A stretch of 63,144 nt of DNA, counting the filler, from Rozella allomycis CSF55 (Eukaryota): NCBI GenBank assembly GCA_000442015.1. It is 12 parts of 12 records of this genome, joined end to end, with 100 filler letters (N's around TTAATTAATTAA, not from the genome) between each part and the next. Parts side by side here need not be neighbours in the genome. Positions count along the whole stretch, not along the records: positions 10,209 to 37,133 come from KE560361.1; 11 more parts are not named here. One strand, 5' to 3'. The translations under genes and the position numbers were made by a program. Position 1 is the stretch's first letter. Each line of letters opens with the position of its first letter. The notes below the pieces were generated by a model. The model ran no database searches. It was not told the origin of the DNA and was given only the letters and a program-made list of their open reading frames with translations. This document shows, in pieces, positions 25,631 through 37,233 of this stretch.

Positions 25631-25927
25631 TTATTTACTCCATGGAGGTTTATTTTCATCATTCAAAAACTCCAATTCTTCTTTCGTAGAAACCCTGCCT
25701 AAATATCCGTTTCGATGAGGAAACCGCCCAAACTTTTCTATAACTTTGCGATGCTGAATGGCGTGATCCAAGCACACGTTAAAAAACGTTTTAAACTCTC
25801 CATTCTCCTGCTCGAGTCCCAGTTTTGTAAACAGATCCACAGCAATGTTTTGCATTTCAATATCTTCTGAATGTTCGAATGGCAGGTACATGAACATTTT
25901 GTGGAATGGAGTGGGTAGATCTTTGTC
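25631..25927 (-). repeat. 3' part of a second DUF924 copy (likely allele)
   Basis: Near-identical to 25955-26251; n at 25928. Confidence 0.8.
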
Positions 25928-25954
25928 NTATGTTAAAAAAGTTTAAATCGCTAT

Positions 25955-26572
25955 TTATTTACTCCATTGAGGTTTATTTTCATCATTCAAAAACTCCAAT
26001 TCCTCTTTCGTAGAAACCCTGCCCAAATATGCGTTTCGATGAGGAAACCGCCCAAACTTTTCAATAACTTTGCGATGCTGAATGGCGTGATCCAAGCACA
26101 CGTTAAAAAACGTTTTAAACTCTCCATTCTCCTGCTCGAGTCCCAGTTTTGTAAACAGATCCACAGCAATGTTTTGCATTTCAATATCTTCTGAATGTTC
26201 GAATGGCAGGTACATGAACATTTTGTGGAATGGAGTGGGTAGATCTTTGTCTGACTTTAAATTGACCGCCTTTTGGGCGAGTTGGAGGGCTAATGAATCG
26301 AAGGAGAATGCTTTGGCCGTGTTTCTGTAAATGTTTCTTGGAAACTGATCGAGAAGAATGATAATTGCTAAAATGTCGAGAGGCTTTGTGTATGCTTGAA
26401 GTGAATTTGAAGCATCCGGTTTTGAGAATGATAACAAGTCTTGTTTGAAGAGGCTGGCTATTTGGTCGTCGAATTCCTTGTTGGAAGCGAACCAAGATTG
26501 TGATATGCTGGGAATGTTTTTGAGGTCTTTGAACCAAAAGGTGAGAATTTTTTGTGTTAACTCTTTTGACAT
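25955..26572 (-). CDS. DUF924 family protein, intronless
   Basis: ILTFWF...WF...IILLDQFPRNIYR...FMYLPFEHSED...IEKFGRFPHRNAYLGRVSTKEE. Confidence 0.92.
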   Translation of the reverse strand: MSKELTQKILTFWFKDLKNIPSISQSWFASNKEFDDQIASLFKQDLLSFSKPDASNSLQAYTKPLDILAIIILLDQFPRNIYRNTAKAFSFDSLALQLAQKAVNLKSDKDLPTPFHKMFMYLPFEHSEDIEMQNIAVDLFTKLGLEQENGEFKTFFNVCLDHAIQHRKVIEKFGRFPHRNAYLGRVSTKEELEFLNDENKPQWSK

Positions 26573-26578
26573 TTGAGN

Positions 26579-26824
26579 GTAAATGTTTCTTGGAAACTGA
26601 TCGAGAAGAATGATAATTGCTAAAATGTCGAGAGGCTTTGTGTATGCTTGAAGTGAATTTGAAGCTTCCGGTTTTGAAAATGATAACAAGTCTTGTTTGA
26701 AAAGCATTGCTATTTGGTCGTCGAATTCCTTGTTGGAAGCGAACCAAGATTGTGAAATACTGGGAATGTTTTTGAGGTTTTTGAACCAAAAGGTGAGAAT
26801 TTTTTGTGTTAACTCTTTTGACAT
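26579..26824 (-). repeat. 5' part of a second DUF924 copy (likely allele)
   Basis: Near-identical to 26327-26572; n at 26578. Confidence 0.8.
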
Positions 26825-26945
26825 TTAAGAATTCTCCAACGTACAATTTTGTCACTTAATTTTTTTACATAATTAAAAAACATTTCACAATAATTTTTAC
26901 ATTTATTTTTGAACAACCTTTTTCGATTGTACAGACCCTTGTCGA

Positions 26946-29081
26946 ATGATTCCCAATAAACCACCCGAGCTTGTCGAGACAGCGAAGCCTGTGCATGTGA
27001 AAAACAAGCAGCCTGCGGCTATACAAGTGACAGCTGAGCAAATTTTGCGAGAAGCCAAGGAGCGGCAGGAGGCTTTGGAGCGACGCCCTAAGCAGCGTAT
27101 GATAGATGGCGAAGAGTTGTATGAGATGCGGTATTTGCAGAGAAAAGCGTTTGAGGACAAGTTGAAGGCGAACCGTATGGCTATAGGGCTGTGGTTGAAG
27201 TATGCGCGGTGGGAGGAGGACCAGCGAGAGTTGGTTCGTGCGAGATCGGTGTATGATAGATGTTTGCAGATGGATGCGCGCAGTGTGACTGCGTGGATAA
27301 AGTATACGGAGATGGAGATGCGGTTTAAGAATATAAACCATGCGAGGAATTTGTATGATAGGGCGGTGGCAGTGTTGCCTAGAGTTGATCAACTGTGGTA
27401 CAAGTATGCGTATATGGAGGAGATGCTTGGGAATGTGAATGGCGCTAGACAAGTGTTTGAACGTTGGATGGAATGGGAGCCAGATGAAAATGCATGGAAC
27501 GCTTATATTAAATTTGAAAGGAGATATGAAGAGATTGAAAAAGCAAGAAAAGTTTTTGAAAGGTAAAAAGAAATAAAAGATTTGATAGATTTGTGTTTGT
27601 GCATGCGAAACCAAAGAACTGGATTAAATATGCGAGGTTTGAAGAAGAGAATAGAAATTTTGAGGGTGCTAGGAATGTTTTTGAAAGGGCAGTTGAATAT
27701 TATGGAGATGAATTTATGGATGTAAAGTTGATTGTAGAATTTGCGAAATTTGAGAGTAGAATGAAAGAGATTGACAGAGCCAGGGTTATCTTCAAGTATG
27801 CGTTGGAAAAAGTGAATAAAGAAAAGGCAGAAAGTTTGTATAAAAAATATTCTCAATTTGAAAAACAATTTGGAAATAGAATTGAAATAGAAAAAGTAAC
27901 GTTGGACAAGAGAAGATTGGAATATGAAGAATTATTGAAAGAGAATGAAAAGAATTACGATGTTTGGTTTGACTATGCGAGATTAGAAGAGGCGAATAAA
28001 GATAGTGTGAAGATTAGAGAAATTTATGAACGAGCGATTTCACAAATTCCACCAACAGCTGAAAAGAAGCATTGGAGACGCTACATTTTCCTTTGGATTA
28101 ATTACGCCATTTATGAAGAAATAGAAAACAAAGATTTTGATAAAGCAAAAGAAATTTATCAAACTTGTTTAAAATTAATTCCTCACAAACAATTCACTTT
28201 TGCCAAAGTTTGGATTTTGTTTTCTAAATTTTTAATTAGAAGAAAAGATTTCATCTCAGCAAGAAAAAATCTTGGCTTAGCAATTGGTAAATTTCTTAAT
28301 CTATTTCTGAAATTTAGGGATCTGTCCAAAAGATAAAATTTTTAAAGCTTACATTGAATTAGAATTGAAAATGAGAGAATTCGATCGTTGTAGAATTTTA
28401 TATGAAAAATACATTCAATGGAATCCAGCAAATTCTTACGCTTGGATTAAATACGCTGAATTAGAAAAACTTTTAGGTGACAATGATAGATCTAGATCTA
28501 TTTTCACCCTGGCAATCTCTCAAAAAATTTTAGATCGTCCAGATGTTGTTTGGAAATCTTTTATTGACTTTGAAATTGAAAATGAAGAATTTGATAACGT
28601 TAGATCTCTCTATGAAAGATTATTATCGGAAACTGAACATGTCAAAGTTTGGATCTCTTTCGCTAATTTTGAAAAAGAAATTTCTCAATTTGAAAATGCT
28701 AGAAATATTTATGAAAGAGCTTATTCCTCTCTCAAAGATCAAGCTTTAGATGAACAAGTAAATCTTTATTTTCTCTTTCATTTTTAGCGTTTAATTTTAT
28801 TGGAGGCTTGGAAAGAATTTGAAAATTTCGTAGATCCAAATTCTGAATTTTCTCAATCTGTTCAATCTAAATTTCCTAAAAAAGTTAAAAAGAGAAGAAA
28901 AGTTGTCACCGATGATGGCCTGGATGCTGGCTATGAAGAATACTACCACTACATCTTTCCTGACGACAGAAAAGAAATGCCTCATCTTAAATTACTTGAA
29001 ATGGCCCACAAGTGGAAGAAAGAGAAAAATGTTGAAAAGCCAAAAGTGGAAGTTGAAGGAGTTAACAATGTGGAAAACTAA
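26946..29081 (+). CDS. CLF1: Pre-mRNA splicing factor CLF1/Crooked neck (HAT repeats)
   Basis: VKNKQPAAIQVTAEQILREA, ARNLYDRAVAVLPRVDQLWYKY, KKHWRRYIFLWINYA, PHKQFTFAK, EEYYHYIFPDD, LKLLEMAHKWK; 3 introns. Confidence 0.96.
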
Positions 29082-29167
29082 TCTAAATATTATCTTTAAA
29101 TCACTTTTATTTATCATCTTTGTTCTATTTACACTTTTTCATTTCATTTCTTCTTGAACATCTTCTC

Positions 29168-29878
29168 TCACTTCTTTATCAACCTCAACTTCCAATAGTC
29201 GTCACAAGGAGGATCTGGTTCCATTGGATCACTCGTTAGCCCAGAACAATTGAACGTTCCCTTGTCACATCTATAAACATCCCATGAAATTCTAATCTTG
29301 GCAATAAACATATCCTTGTCCATCACGGGCTTTCTATTCTCCCTATCCAAATTCATCCTCATCTTTTTCTTTTCTACTTCCAATCTTCTATTGTTCAGAT
29401 TCCCAATCTCTCTTTCAACTCTTTTCAATTCAGTTTTCAATTCGATTCGAAGTTCGTCATTAAGTTTGTTAAATTCTGTCGTCTCTTGTTCAATCATAGA
29501 ATCGTCCCTGTGATACTTTACCTTGTATCTCTCCACTCTAACACTTCTCAACTGACTCAATATTCTTAACTTTCTTATATCCCTCAGAATATCTATTCTC
29601 CTCTTGTTTACAATCTTGAATTCTCTTTTAATATCTTCCTCTTCAAGTTTCAAAGCAGCTTCTTTTTCCCTAAATACTGCTTGAATCTTATTCCATTCTT
29701 CAATCTGCTTATCAACAGTCTCTGAAAATAGCTTCATCCTCAACCGCCTCTCTTTCGCGCTCTTGCGAACCTTCCTTCTCCATTTAATAGTCTGCCTCCG
29801 CTTCCTAATTCTATATTCTTCCGTTTCCATACAACTCAATCTTAAAAAGAGAGAATGCCTAGAGCAAGGTTTCGCCAA
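29168..29878 (-). CDS. PDCD7: PDCD7 / U11-59K-like protein (minor spliceosome component)
   Basis: Basic coiled coil with QIEEW, LSQLRSVR and C-terminal IRISWDVY...PDPPCDDYW, matching the PDCD7 pattern IRxxWDxY...PPxPSxDxW; start uncertain. Confidence 0.65.
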   Translation of the reverse strand: MAKPCSRHSLFLRLSCMETEEYRIRKRRQTIKWRRKVRKSAKERRLRMKLFSETVDKQIEEWNKIQAVFREKEAALKLEEEDIKREFKIVNKRRIDILRDIRKLRILSQLRSVRVERYKVKYHRDDSMIEQETTEFNKLNDELRIELKTELKRVEREIGNLNNRRLEVEKKKMRMNLDRENRKPVMDKDMFIAKIRISWDVYRCDKGTFNCSGLTSDPMEPDPPCDDYWKLRLIKK

Positions 29879-30455
29879 ATTTATAAAGAAATTTCAAAAT
29901 GGTACTCGCTTCCTCAAACCCTAACTCTAGACACAACACACAATCCTTCTTGTACAAAAAACAAACGCAAAAAATTCTAAAACGTTTACAGATCATGAAA
30001 CAGTCGCAAAAGCCATGGAACGTAACCACTTTCCCTGTACTAGAAAATAGAGGTTGTGAAAATGTACGAGTACAGGCTCAAAGATATAAATCCTTATGTC
30101 AAAAATATCACATACGATGTACGCGATTTACACAACTATATCGATCACCTCGAAGAATGCTGCGCTCTAGTGTAACACGGTTTATTGCTCATGGTGTAGA
30201 TTCAGCCAGGAATTGAAGGCTTATATTCCGCATGATAAGGAATGGATAAAGGCTAAAGTTTACAATCATCTCAGGAAAATCGCCAATGAATAGTTTGGGC
30301 ATCGCCAATGAATAAATTATACTATTTTCAAATGATAAATTGTTGTTTTATATGTCAAATATTTAACACGTTTTATGGTATTCTTAATTTATATCATGAA
30401 AAGCGTGCATCCCGTTTGGGAAATTTAGTGCCAACCCTTCTTTACCAATTTGAGA

Positions 30456-31442
30456 ATGCATTCATTGAAAATTTCACTCATTGGACTTTCCTTGCTATTT
30501 TCATGCATTCTTACCGTTCCATTCGACTATCGAGGACGTGGGTCCCTTACCAGCCCTCTAAGACTCTTTGATCGCGATACCTACAGGACATTCGACAATG
30601 AATGGGACGATGGCTATCAATCAGACAGAGAAAGCGAAGCATTAACACCTCCAAGGAACACTCCTCAAACTGAATCAACCGAAGCCAGTGAAGTCGAATG
30701 GATGCCTGAACCTCCAACAGGTGAAAGAACACTCGCAGCATCTCTTGAATCTCTCATCCGTTCAAACAATGTATTGCAATCTTACTTGGAAGCACATGGA
30801 TTAGAAGATTTTCCACGTCGCATGGCTGCCAGCATCTATGATTTGACCCGCCGCCAAGGTGTACATCCAATGCTGGCTATTGTTGAATTTTTCGCTAACA
30901 GCGGGTTCGTATATCTTGTAACGCTGTGCACGGTTTCTTCATTTTCTCTATTGTCTAGTGTCGGGGCTTTCAATGCTGTTGCTGCCGTCAGAGGAACATC
31001 CAATTTTGCAGGCGCATCGTACAATGGAGCTGTAGCAGCTGGAGCCGCGCTAGGGTCACGAACTGTTGCACACTCTTTGTCTCGTTTGGTTACTTTCTAT
31101 TCCAAAGAACTTATTGAAAAATTGCCTCTAAAAACAAGAGTAGTCTTTTCTCAGGCTTTTGATCTTTTAACACAGATTGGTGCAGCCGTTTCTACTGGCG
31201 TCGCTGTAGATTATAACCGACTCCTCTTCCTTACATTCTTTTCGTTTCTATATGAATCTTCTGTCAAGGCAGCCACCTTTTCAATGTCAAGCGAAGGATG
31301 GCAACGAATGATTCGAATGCTTTTGACTTCTGCCTTTATTTCCACTACTCTTGCGTTCACATTGAATGAAGATGTTCTCTCTACTTTAATAATGTCGCTC
31401 TTGGGTTTGGGGGCTTCAGCACCGATCTATTCAAGTCTTTAA
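30456..31442 (+). CDS. Signal-peptide protein with acidic linker and Ala/Gly-rich hydrophobic helices, intronless
   Basis: MHSLKISLIGLSLLFSCILT signal; several hydrophobic segments in the C-terminal half; no family recognised. Confidence 0.7.
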   Translation: MHSLKISLIGLSLLFSCILTVPFDYRGRGSLTSPLRLFDRDTYRTFDNEWDDGYQSDRESEALTPPRNTPQTESTEASEVEWMPEPPTGERTLAASLESLIRSNNVLQSYLEAHGLEDFPRRMAASIYDLTRRQGVHPMLAIVEFFANSGFVYLVTLCTVSSFSLLSSVGAFNAVAAVRGTSNFAGASYNGAVAAGAALGSRTVAHSLSRLVTFYSKELIEKLPLKTRVVFSQAFDLLTQIGAAVSTGVAVDYNRLLFLTFFSFLYESSVKAATFSMSSEGWQRMIRMLLTSAFISTTLAFTLNEDVLSTLIMSLLGLGASAPIYSSL

Positions 31443-31614
31443 TAAATTGAAATGATTTAAATCGGTTTTTCATTTGCTAGGGATTTTTACAAACACCAGG
31501 GTTACTAATCTCTAACAATGCTCATGCTTTCAATTTTTTTAGAAATAGTTGCCTAAATTGAGCAAGAGCCAAGAGACCCAGAAAATCAATAAAAAATTAT
31601 TAAGATGACGTTTA

Positions 31615-32313
31615 TCAATTTATATTTGACGCAACAGGAATGAATAGTGTCAACGGCATTCCTTGGCCTATTTCCAGTGCATAGTCCTGCATGTCTGCCT
31701 GAACCAAATCCCTTATCAATGCAGAAAAGCTTTCACCATGTAATTTCATGGCTTCATAGGTTACTGCATTTCTAGCTCGAAGAACTTTCTCCGGGTCGTT
31801 TATCCAGTAGTCATGGTTCAATTGATCCAATAAAACCACATCCTTAACAGATACCATTTGATGATGCTCTTTTTGCTTCACAATTTGCCAACTTACAGTC
31901 TTCGATGTTATGTCTTTATTTAAGACAGCAACCATATCTTTCGACAAACTAACATGAAAGCGCTGAGGATTAGTAAAATTAATATATTCGGATAATTCAT
32001 TGAAATAATTAATTGGGCGTACCTCCAAAGGTAACGGTTGTCCTTCCAATCTTGCGGACCTACCGTATGGAACAAAACGATTCGGTTGAATGACATTGTC
32101 AGCGAAATGAGAAACAAACACCTCTGCTAAGTTGGTGAGCTGGTCATAACCCTTCACAACACATAATCCTGACCGCGGATCTAAATCATCTCCCACTATT
32201 TCAAGAAAATGATAATCTTTACAATTTTGGCGTGAAATTACATCATAAAACTCCTCATTTACCTCGTCGTCGTAAAGAGGCGCGAAAACATAGAAGTTGC
32301 CGGGAACTAACAT
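31615..32313 (-). CDS. Hypothetical protein (last exon; possibly spliced to exons up to about 32810)
   Basis: 232-aa open frame of globular composition; upstream exons unresolved. Confidence 0.55.
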   Translation of the reverse strand: MLVPGNFYVFAPLYDDEVNEEFYDVISRQNCKDYHFLEIVGDDLDPRSGLCVVKGYDQLTNLAEVFVSHFADNVIQPNRFVPYGRSARLEGQPLPLEVRPINYFNELSEYINFTNPQRFHVSLSKDMVAVLNKDITSKTVSWQIVKQKEHHQMVSVKDVVLLDQLNHDYWINDPEKVLRARNAVTYEAMKLHGESFSALIRDLVQADMQDYALEIGQGMPLTLFIPVASNIN

Positions 32314-33088
32314 AAATTTAAATATATATGTGGCTATGACAAAGGTTTTCAGTCAGGTTCCTTTGATCCAGAAATTGGCATCCACATGGCTCATTCCTAC
32401 GCTTTTGAGGGGTTTAAAGAATAATTTAATCACTGAATAAATTCTTTTTAACTTATTAAAAGATGTAAGCGAAACCACATTTGAGTGGAATGAAGTTGGA
32501 AAATAGGTACAAATGGATTATTAAAGCACTGGATACATTGAAATGAACTTGTATTTTCCTTACCACTCGCCCGGGTTCTACCTGTTTTCGATTTCTTTAA
32601 TCCAATTCAAGAATCTGTCTAAGCATTCCAACCTCTTTGGGACTTTCTTATTCATCATTGTTTCCTCATTTTTGTTAAGGACATGAAAACTGTCTTCCTG
32701 CAAAGAAAGGAGCCCATTAACCTTTCTCCTTAAACGATTTAAACACCTATCTATGATAGATAAGATATCTTCATTTTGATCCATGGAATATGGTCCATAT
32801 ACATCCATATTATATGGATGACTAGACCTTGATATCGTTAGACACGGCAGCAAATTTTCAAAGCAAATTTTGATTATTTGTATTAGTAAGATCCTTTAAT
32901 ATCTTCTTTGTTGCCGATATCTTTAGCATCAAAAAACTTGCCTTACCTGTACTAACATGACTATTATATGGTTCCTTTGTATCTGCCACTATTGGATTCA
33001 ATTTAGCCAAGTGGTTAGATTAAGAAGATGACTCTATGGTATAAGTCCCGTCTATTCATAACCATCGACTGTGCCACTATCCGCCACC

Positions 33089-34486
33089 ATGTCAAATACA
33101 TCATTATACACGATACTGGCCTTACCAGTTACTACCAGTCAAGAAGAAATTAAAAGAACTTATAGAAAATTAGCACTTCAACTGCACCCAGATAAAAATC
33201 CCGACCCTGAAGCTGCTGGAAGAGTAAGTTAATATATACCACGTTAGTTCTAGTTTAGAGATGTAAATAAAGCTTACAAAATTCTATCGCATAAAAAGAA
33301 GCGAAAAATATATGATAAGTATGGGGAAACGGGGTTGGCCTTGTTAGAGGCATACGGTCATAATTCAATATTTCTTGACATACTGTCAAGTCAGGCCAAA
33401 GTTTATTCCATTTTGGGGTTTATATCCTTAACTATAGCATTTGTATTTGCATTTTTGATAATGGTTGGCCTGAAATACAACCACGCTGATATTTATAGAT
33501 GGCGACATTGCGTTATACCGCTCTTCTTGATAAAAATTAACATAATAATTGGACTTTACTATAAAAAATTTGGATTAAAAAGGGATGAAGATCATGAGCA
33601 TAGTGAAGGAGAACATGAACAACCCTTGCATACTAAAATTGTGAAATTTATTGTGTCAATATGCAAAATATTATTGCTTGGATTTTTTGAGGCAATGCTG
33701 GCATTAAAAGCAGAAAATACTAGGCGGATTTCTTGGATAGTATTGTGGGTACCATTCTTGGCATTCGAGTGCATTGACTTTTTCCAGAAACTTTCTAAAT
33801 TGTCAGACATTGAAGCGGCCTATGACAAACTGAAACGAGAAAAGGGAATTTTGCCATCAAAAAAGGCGAGATTCTACGCCGTCTTTTCATTGTACAAATT
33901 TAACAATTTGAGATTATTTACAATAATATTAATTCTTTGGAAAATTGACAATATTGTACATATGACATGGACTACCGCATTCTTACCTCTACTTATAATG
34001 GCATTTGTCATTCCCCTATGGTTCCTAATTTGGGACTTGGCAAAATTTGCTCGAATGAAAAAGCAACCAGACGGAAATTCTGAAAATAGATCATTCGTAA
34101 TTTTAAAACTTATTTTAGACGTCTTTGTGGTCATGGTTATCTATTTGACGGCTGCATTATTCTTGGTATGTCTTTCGTCTCCTGATTTCAACTTTTTCTA
34201 TGTTTGTATTCCATCATTTATTGTTCTCAGCATTCTATTTCTATGTAGTTGCTGTTGTTTACCTATTCTTTTCAGCTTGCCTAGAACAGCACCCGATGAA
34301 GAAACCGGAATTCAAGCCTTTATTAAAGAAATTATAGAAGCCCCAAATAGAAAAAGAATTCTTGACGTTCCATGTAATGTGACGAGAATATCTCCTACTC
34401 CTTTACATCGTAATTCAACTAGGCGAAAAAGGGAAAGAGCTCTGCCACCAATACCTACCAGGACGACTTCTGTACAAAGACACTGA
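33089..34486 (+). CDS. J-domain + TMEM185-like multi-pass membrane protein
   Basis: GCCACCATG start; LYTILAL...[26 protein letters not shown]...YDKYG; repeated W----P-- TM motifs; CSCCC string; 1 intron. Confidence 0.85.
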
Positions 34487-34573
34487 AAAGACTGAATGTT
34501 TCAGTTTTAGCTCAAATGTAATAAAAATAATGCAATAATTAAATAAACTTACAGATTTTATTGTGGATGTAGT

Positions 34574-35842
34574 TTAATATTCCTCGTAGGCGGTAAAGAT
34601 CAATGCAGAAAACGCATGAATTTCATCAACATCAGAAATATTCTAAACATTATACTATCAATCACGTACATGTGTGTAGACATTGTCACTTGTGTTCATC
34701 AAATGTTTAAATTGATGGCAAATGACTGGAATTACATGAGCTAATGGAAGACTTGGCTCGTTGTTTTCATGTGATGTTGATTTCCGAAAATGTGGGTATA
34801 AAGATTCTGTAAACAAACCAAACGACGAATTCAACGTGTTGGTGAACGTTGGATGAAAATCAGGGCTATCCGATGTATTTTAACAATTTACTGTGATAAA
34901 ATATCTCTTGTTTCATTAAGCAAGCCTTTTAAATGTTTTGTTAAATGAATTGAATCAAGGGACCCCAAACCGTTCTGCAACACTAAAGTCTCTTCAGATT
35001 CTTTTGGCAGAAAGCATTCGCTATTTTCTTTAACGTGTAAGCTTACTTTTCCCAAGACTTGATTTCAATTGCATCGCGCACGTTTTGTATCAATTCGCAT
35101 ATTTTAATAAAGGGCAACATGGTCTTTAAAGATATCCTATGGCAATCAAGTAGCACAAATTACCCATCAAGATTCTTTTCTACCTCTGATTGAATTCTAG
35201 TGTAAAGTTTCAATGAAACAACATTTATTATGTACCAACTAAACGTCAAGTAAAATCTCTCCGTTTCTAAATCTGTGGCAATCTTTTCTCTTTCATTGAC
35301 AACTTGATGAACATAATTCATCCTAGCCAAGATTGACAACTGAATATGTTCAAACACATGCAAAATATTCACAACGTACACAGCGGTAATGGTTCTTGCA
35401 AAGCCGACAACCTTTAATTGATTCCACAACTCAAGCTTCCTCAATTTTTCATCAGCCATTAAAACTTTTGTCTTTGACAATTCATGCAACTGTGCGGTTA
35501 TTTCTTCAACTGCGGATGAATAAGATTTAAGCTTTTCCTCCAAGTTAGGTAATAGAGAGCATGTCGTGTAGTTACAATCTCTAACATACTGATTAAAGCA
35601 TTTTAATATTCTATTCTTTAATTAAAAAAGTTCATAGTTTACAATTCATTGTTTCGGTTTCGCTGTGCCCTCTCTTGCTGCAATTCAAGCAGTCGCCTTT
35701 TAATGAGTCTAAAAAGCCAAGTAAATGCCAATATAAATGCTATACTTATTGTAGCTGTTGTTTTTAAAAATATCTTAAAACGGCCTTTTGATTCTGTTTT
35801 CGTCATAGACAGCTGTGAATGTGAATTTTCGGGGGCTGTCAT
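34574..35842 (-). CDS. PEX3: Peroxin PEX3
   Basis: N-terminal TM, FNQYVRDCNYTTCSLLP, KLELWNQLKVVGFARTITAVY, IQLSILAR, LLNETRDIL, FSALIF; 4 introns. Confidence 0.88.
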
Positions 35843-36784
35843 TATGCTGGAAGGACAATTATTTATGCATTTTCTATCTAACGATGCTATTAATAAACTT
35901 CATTGGCCAAAACAAGGTGTTTATAGCATATTATTAAGATCACTTACCCAAAATATTTTGACCCTTGGTCAGTGTAGCACTGAACGTCTTGGTCATTTAT
36001 ATTTACATAAAATAGGCTTATAAATAATTTTCTTCGAACTTAGACCNACATATTATTAAGTTCACTTACCCAAAATAGGTTGATTCCTTGGTTAGTGTAA
36101 CATTGAACGTCTTGGTCAATTATATTTACATAAAATAGGCTTATAAATAATTTTCTTCGAACTTAGACATTCCTAATGTTAAGATTATCTAGACACTGAT
36201 CTGAAAGAGTCTAGCCTCTTATTGAACTTAATCGCCAGATTTGAGGTTGACTGATAAATACGATATGAGCCAAATCAGACGATGTAGTCAAACATTGGCC
36301 ATTAAAAACAGTTTACGTTATCGATCAGTGTTTCATCAATAATGATTTATTACACAGAACGGTAGTTATATAGCAAAGGTGCCAGGTTATCCACAGTGTA
36401 GGAACTGTTGATAAGCTGGATCTTTGATATATACCTTGATGAATCATCTACAAAGGTCACTTCTCCTTGTATCACTCAGTCTGTTGCACACACTCTGACA
36501 CAAGTGTCAAATATATAACATGAAGGTGTTCTATCCAAGTTCTTGGTAGAGTGGTATCCAGCCGACGGAGTGGTTCAAGGAGAAGTGAGTTAAAATATAT
36601 AAAATGTATAGGAGTAAATGTCACAAAAATATCACACACCTTTGTGGCCGAGTCATCTATAAATATCTGAAATTTCAAAAAAAGATCACAGAACAACAAC
36701 TTGGAAACTTTGACGATCATTTAAATTTGAGTGATATATTCTTATATTTATTTAATAATACAGATAAAATATATAAATTAAAGG

Positions 36785-37133
36785 TTATTCGCCAAAAACG
36801 GGGCGGTACAGAATAGAGGTGGTATATTTTCTGTTGTATCTACTAGTAATACCAAGGGCCATGACACCATCTCTTATTGATTGTGCATACATGTGGTACA
36901 AAGTTACATGATTAGGATTTGGAAGGGTTGAATAATCTGTTTCGCACACTGGAGTTGCATTTAAAAGAACATTAGTTAGTTGAGGGGGTAGTCCAAGAGG
37001 AGATGTAAGAAATCTAGAATCGTTGCTTTCTTGAAGTAGGAAATCTGGAATCTTATTCGAATATGCTCCGTCGCCGTAAACACCTGAAGGCGTTTGGGTT
37101 CCATCTAGGTAAAGATAAAATTTAGATCATACC
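36785..37133 (-). CDS. AMPK/SNF1 beta subunit, C-terminal ASC domain (5'-truncated)
   Basis: Hand translation gives PLGLPPQLTNVLLN...LPNPNHVTLYHMYAQSIRDGVMALGITSRYNRKYTTSILYRP. Confidence 0.88.
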
Positions 37134-37233
37134 NNNNNNNNNNNNNNNNNNNNNNNNNNNNNNNNNNNNNNNNNNNNTTAATTAATTAANNNNNNNNNNN
37201 NNNNNNNNNNNNNNNNNNNNNNNNNNNNNNNNN

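Noticed and set aside
25631..26824. Apparent triple or internally repeated DUF924 gene
   Set aside because: The pattern 3' part, n, full copy, n, 5' part is what an uncollapsed two-haplotype bubble produces; it is probably one gene.
26865..27614. Long antisense ORFs over CLF1, and similarly over SNF2 (4766-5395) and DUF924 (26181-26855)
   Set aside because: Shadow frames of real genes, favoured by the local compositional skew; no protein-like motifs.
36240..36816. Possible small spliced gene on the + strand
   Set aside because: Could not assemble a consistent exon chain or recognise a family.
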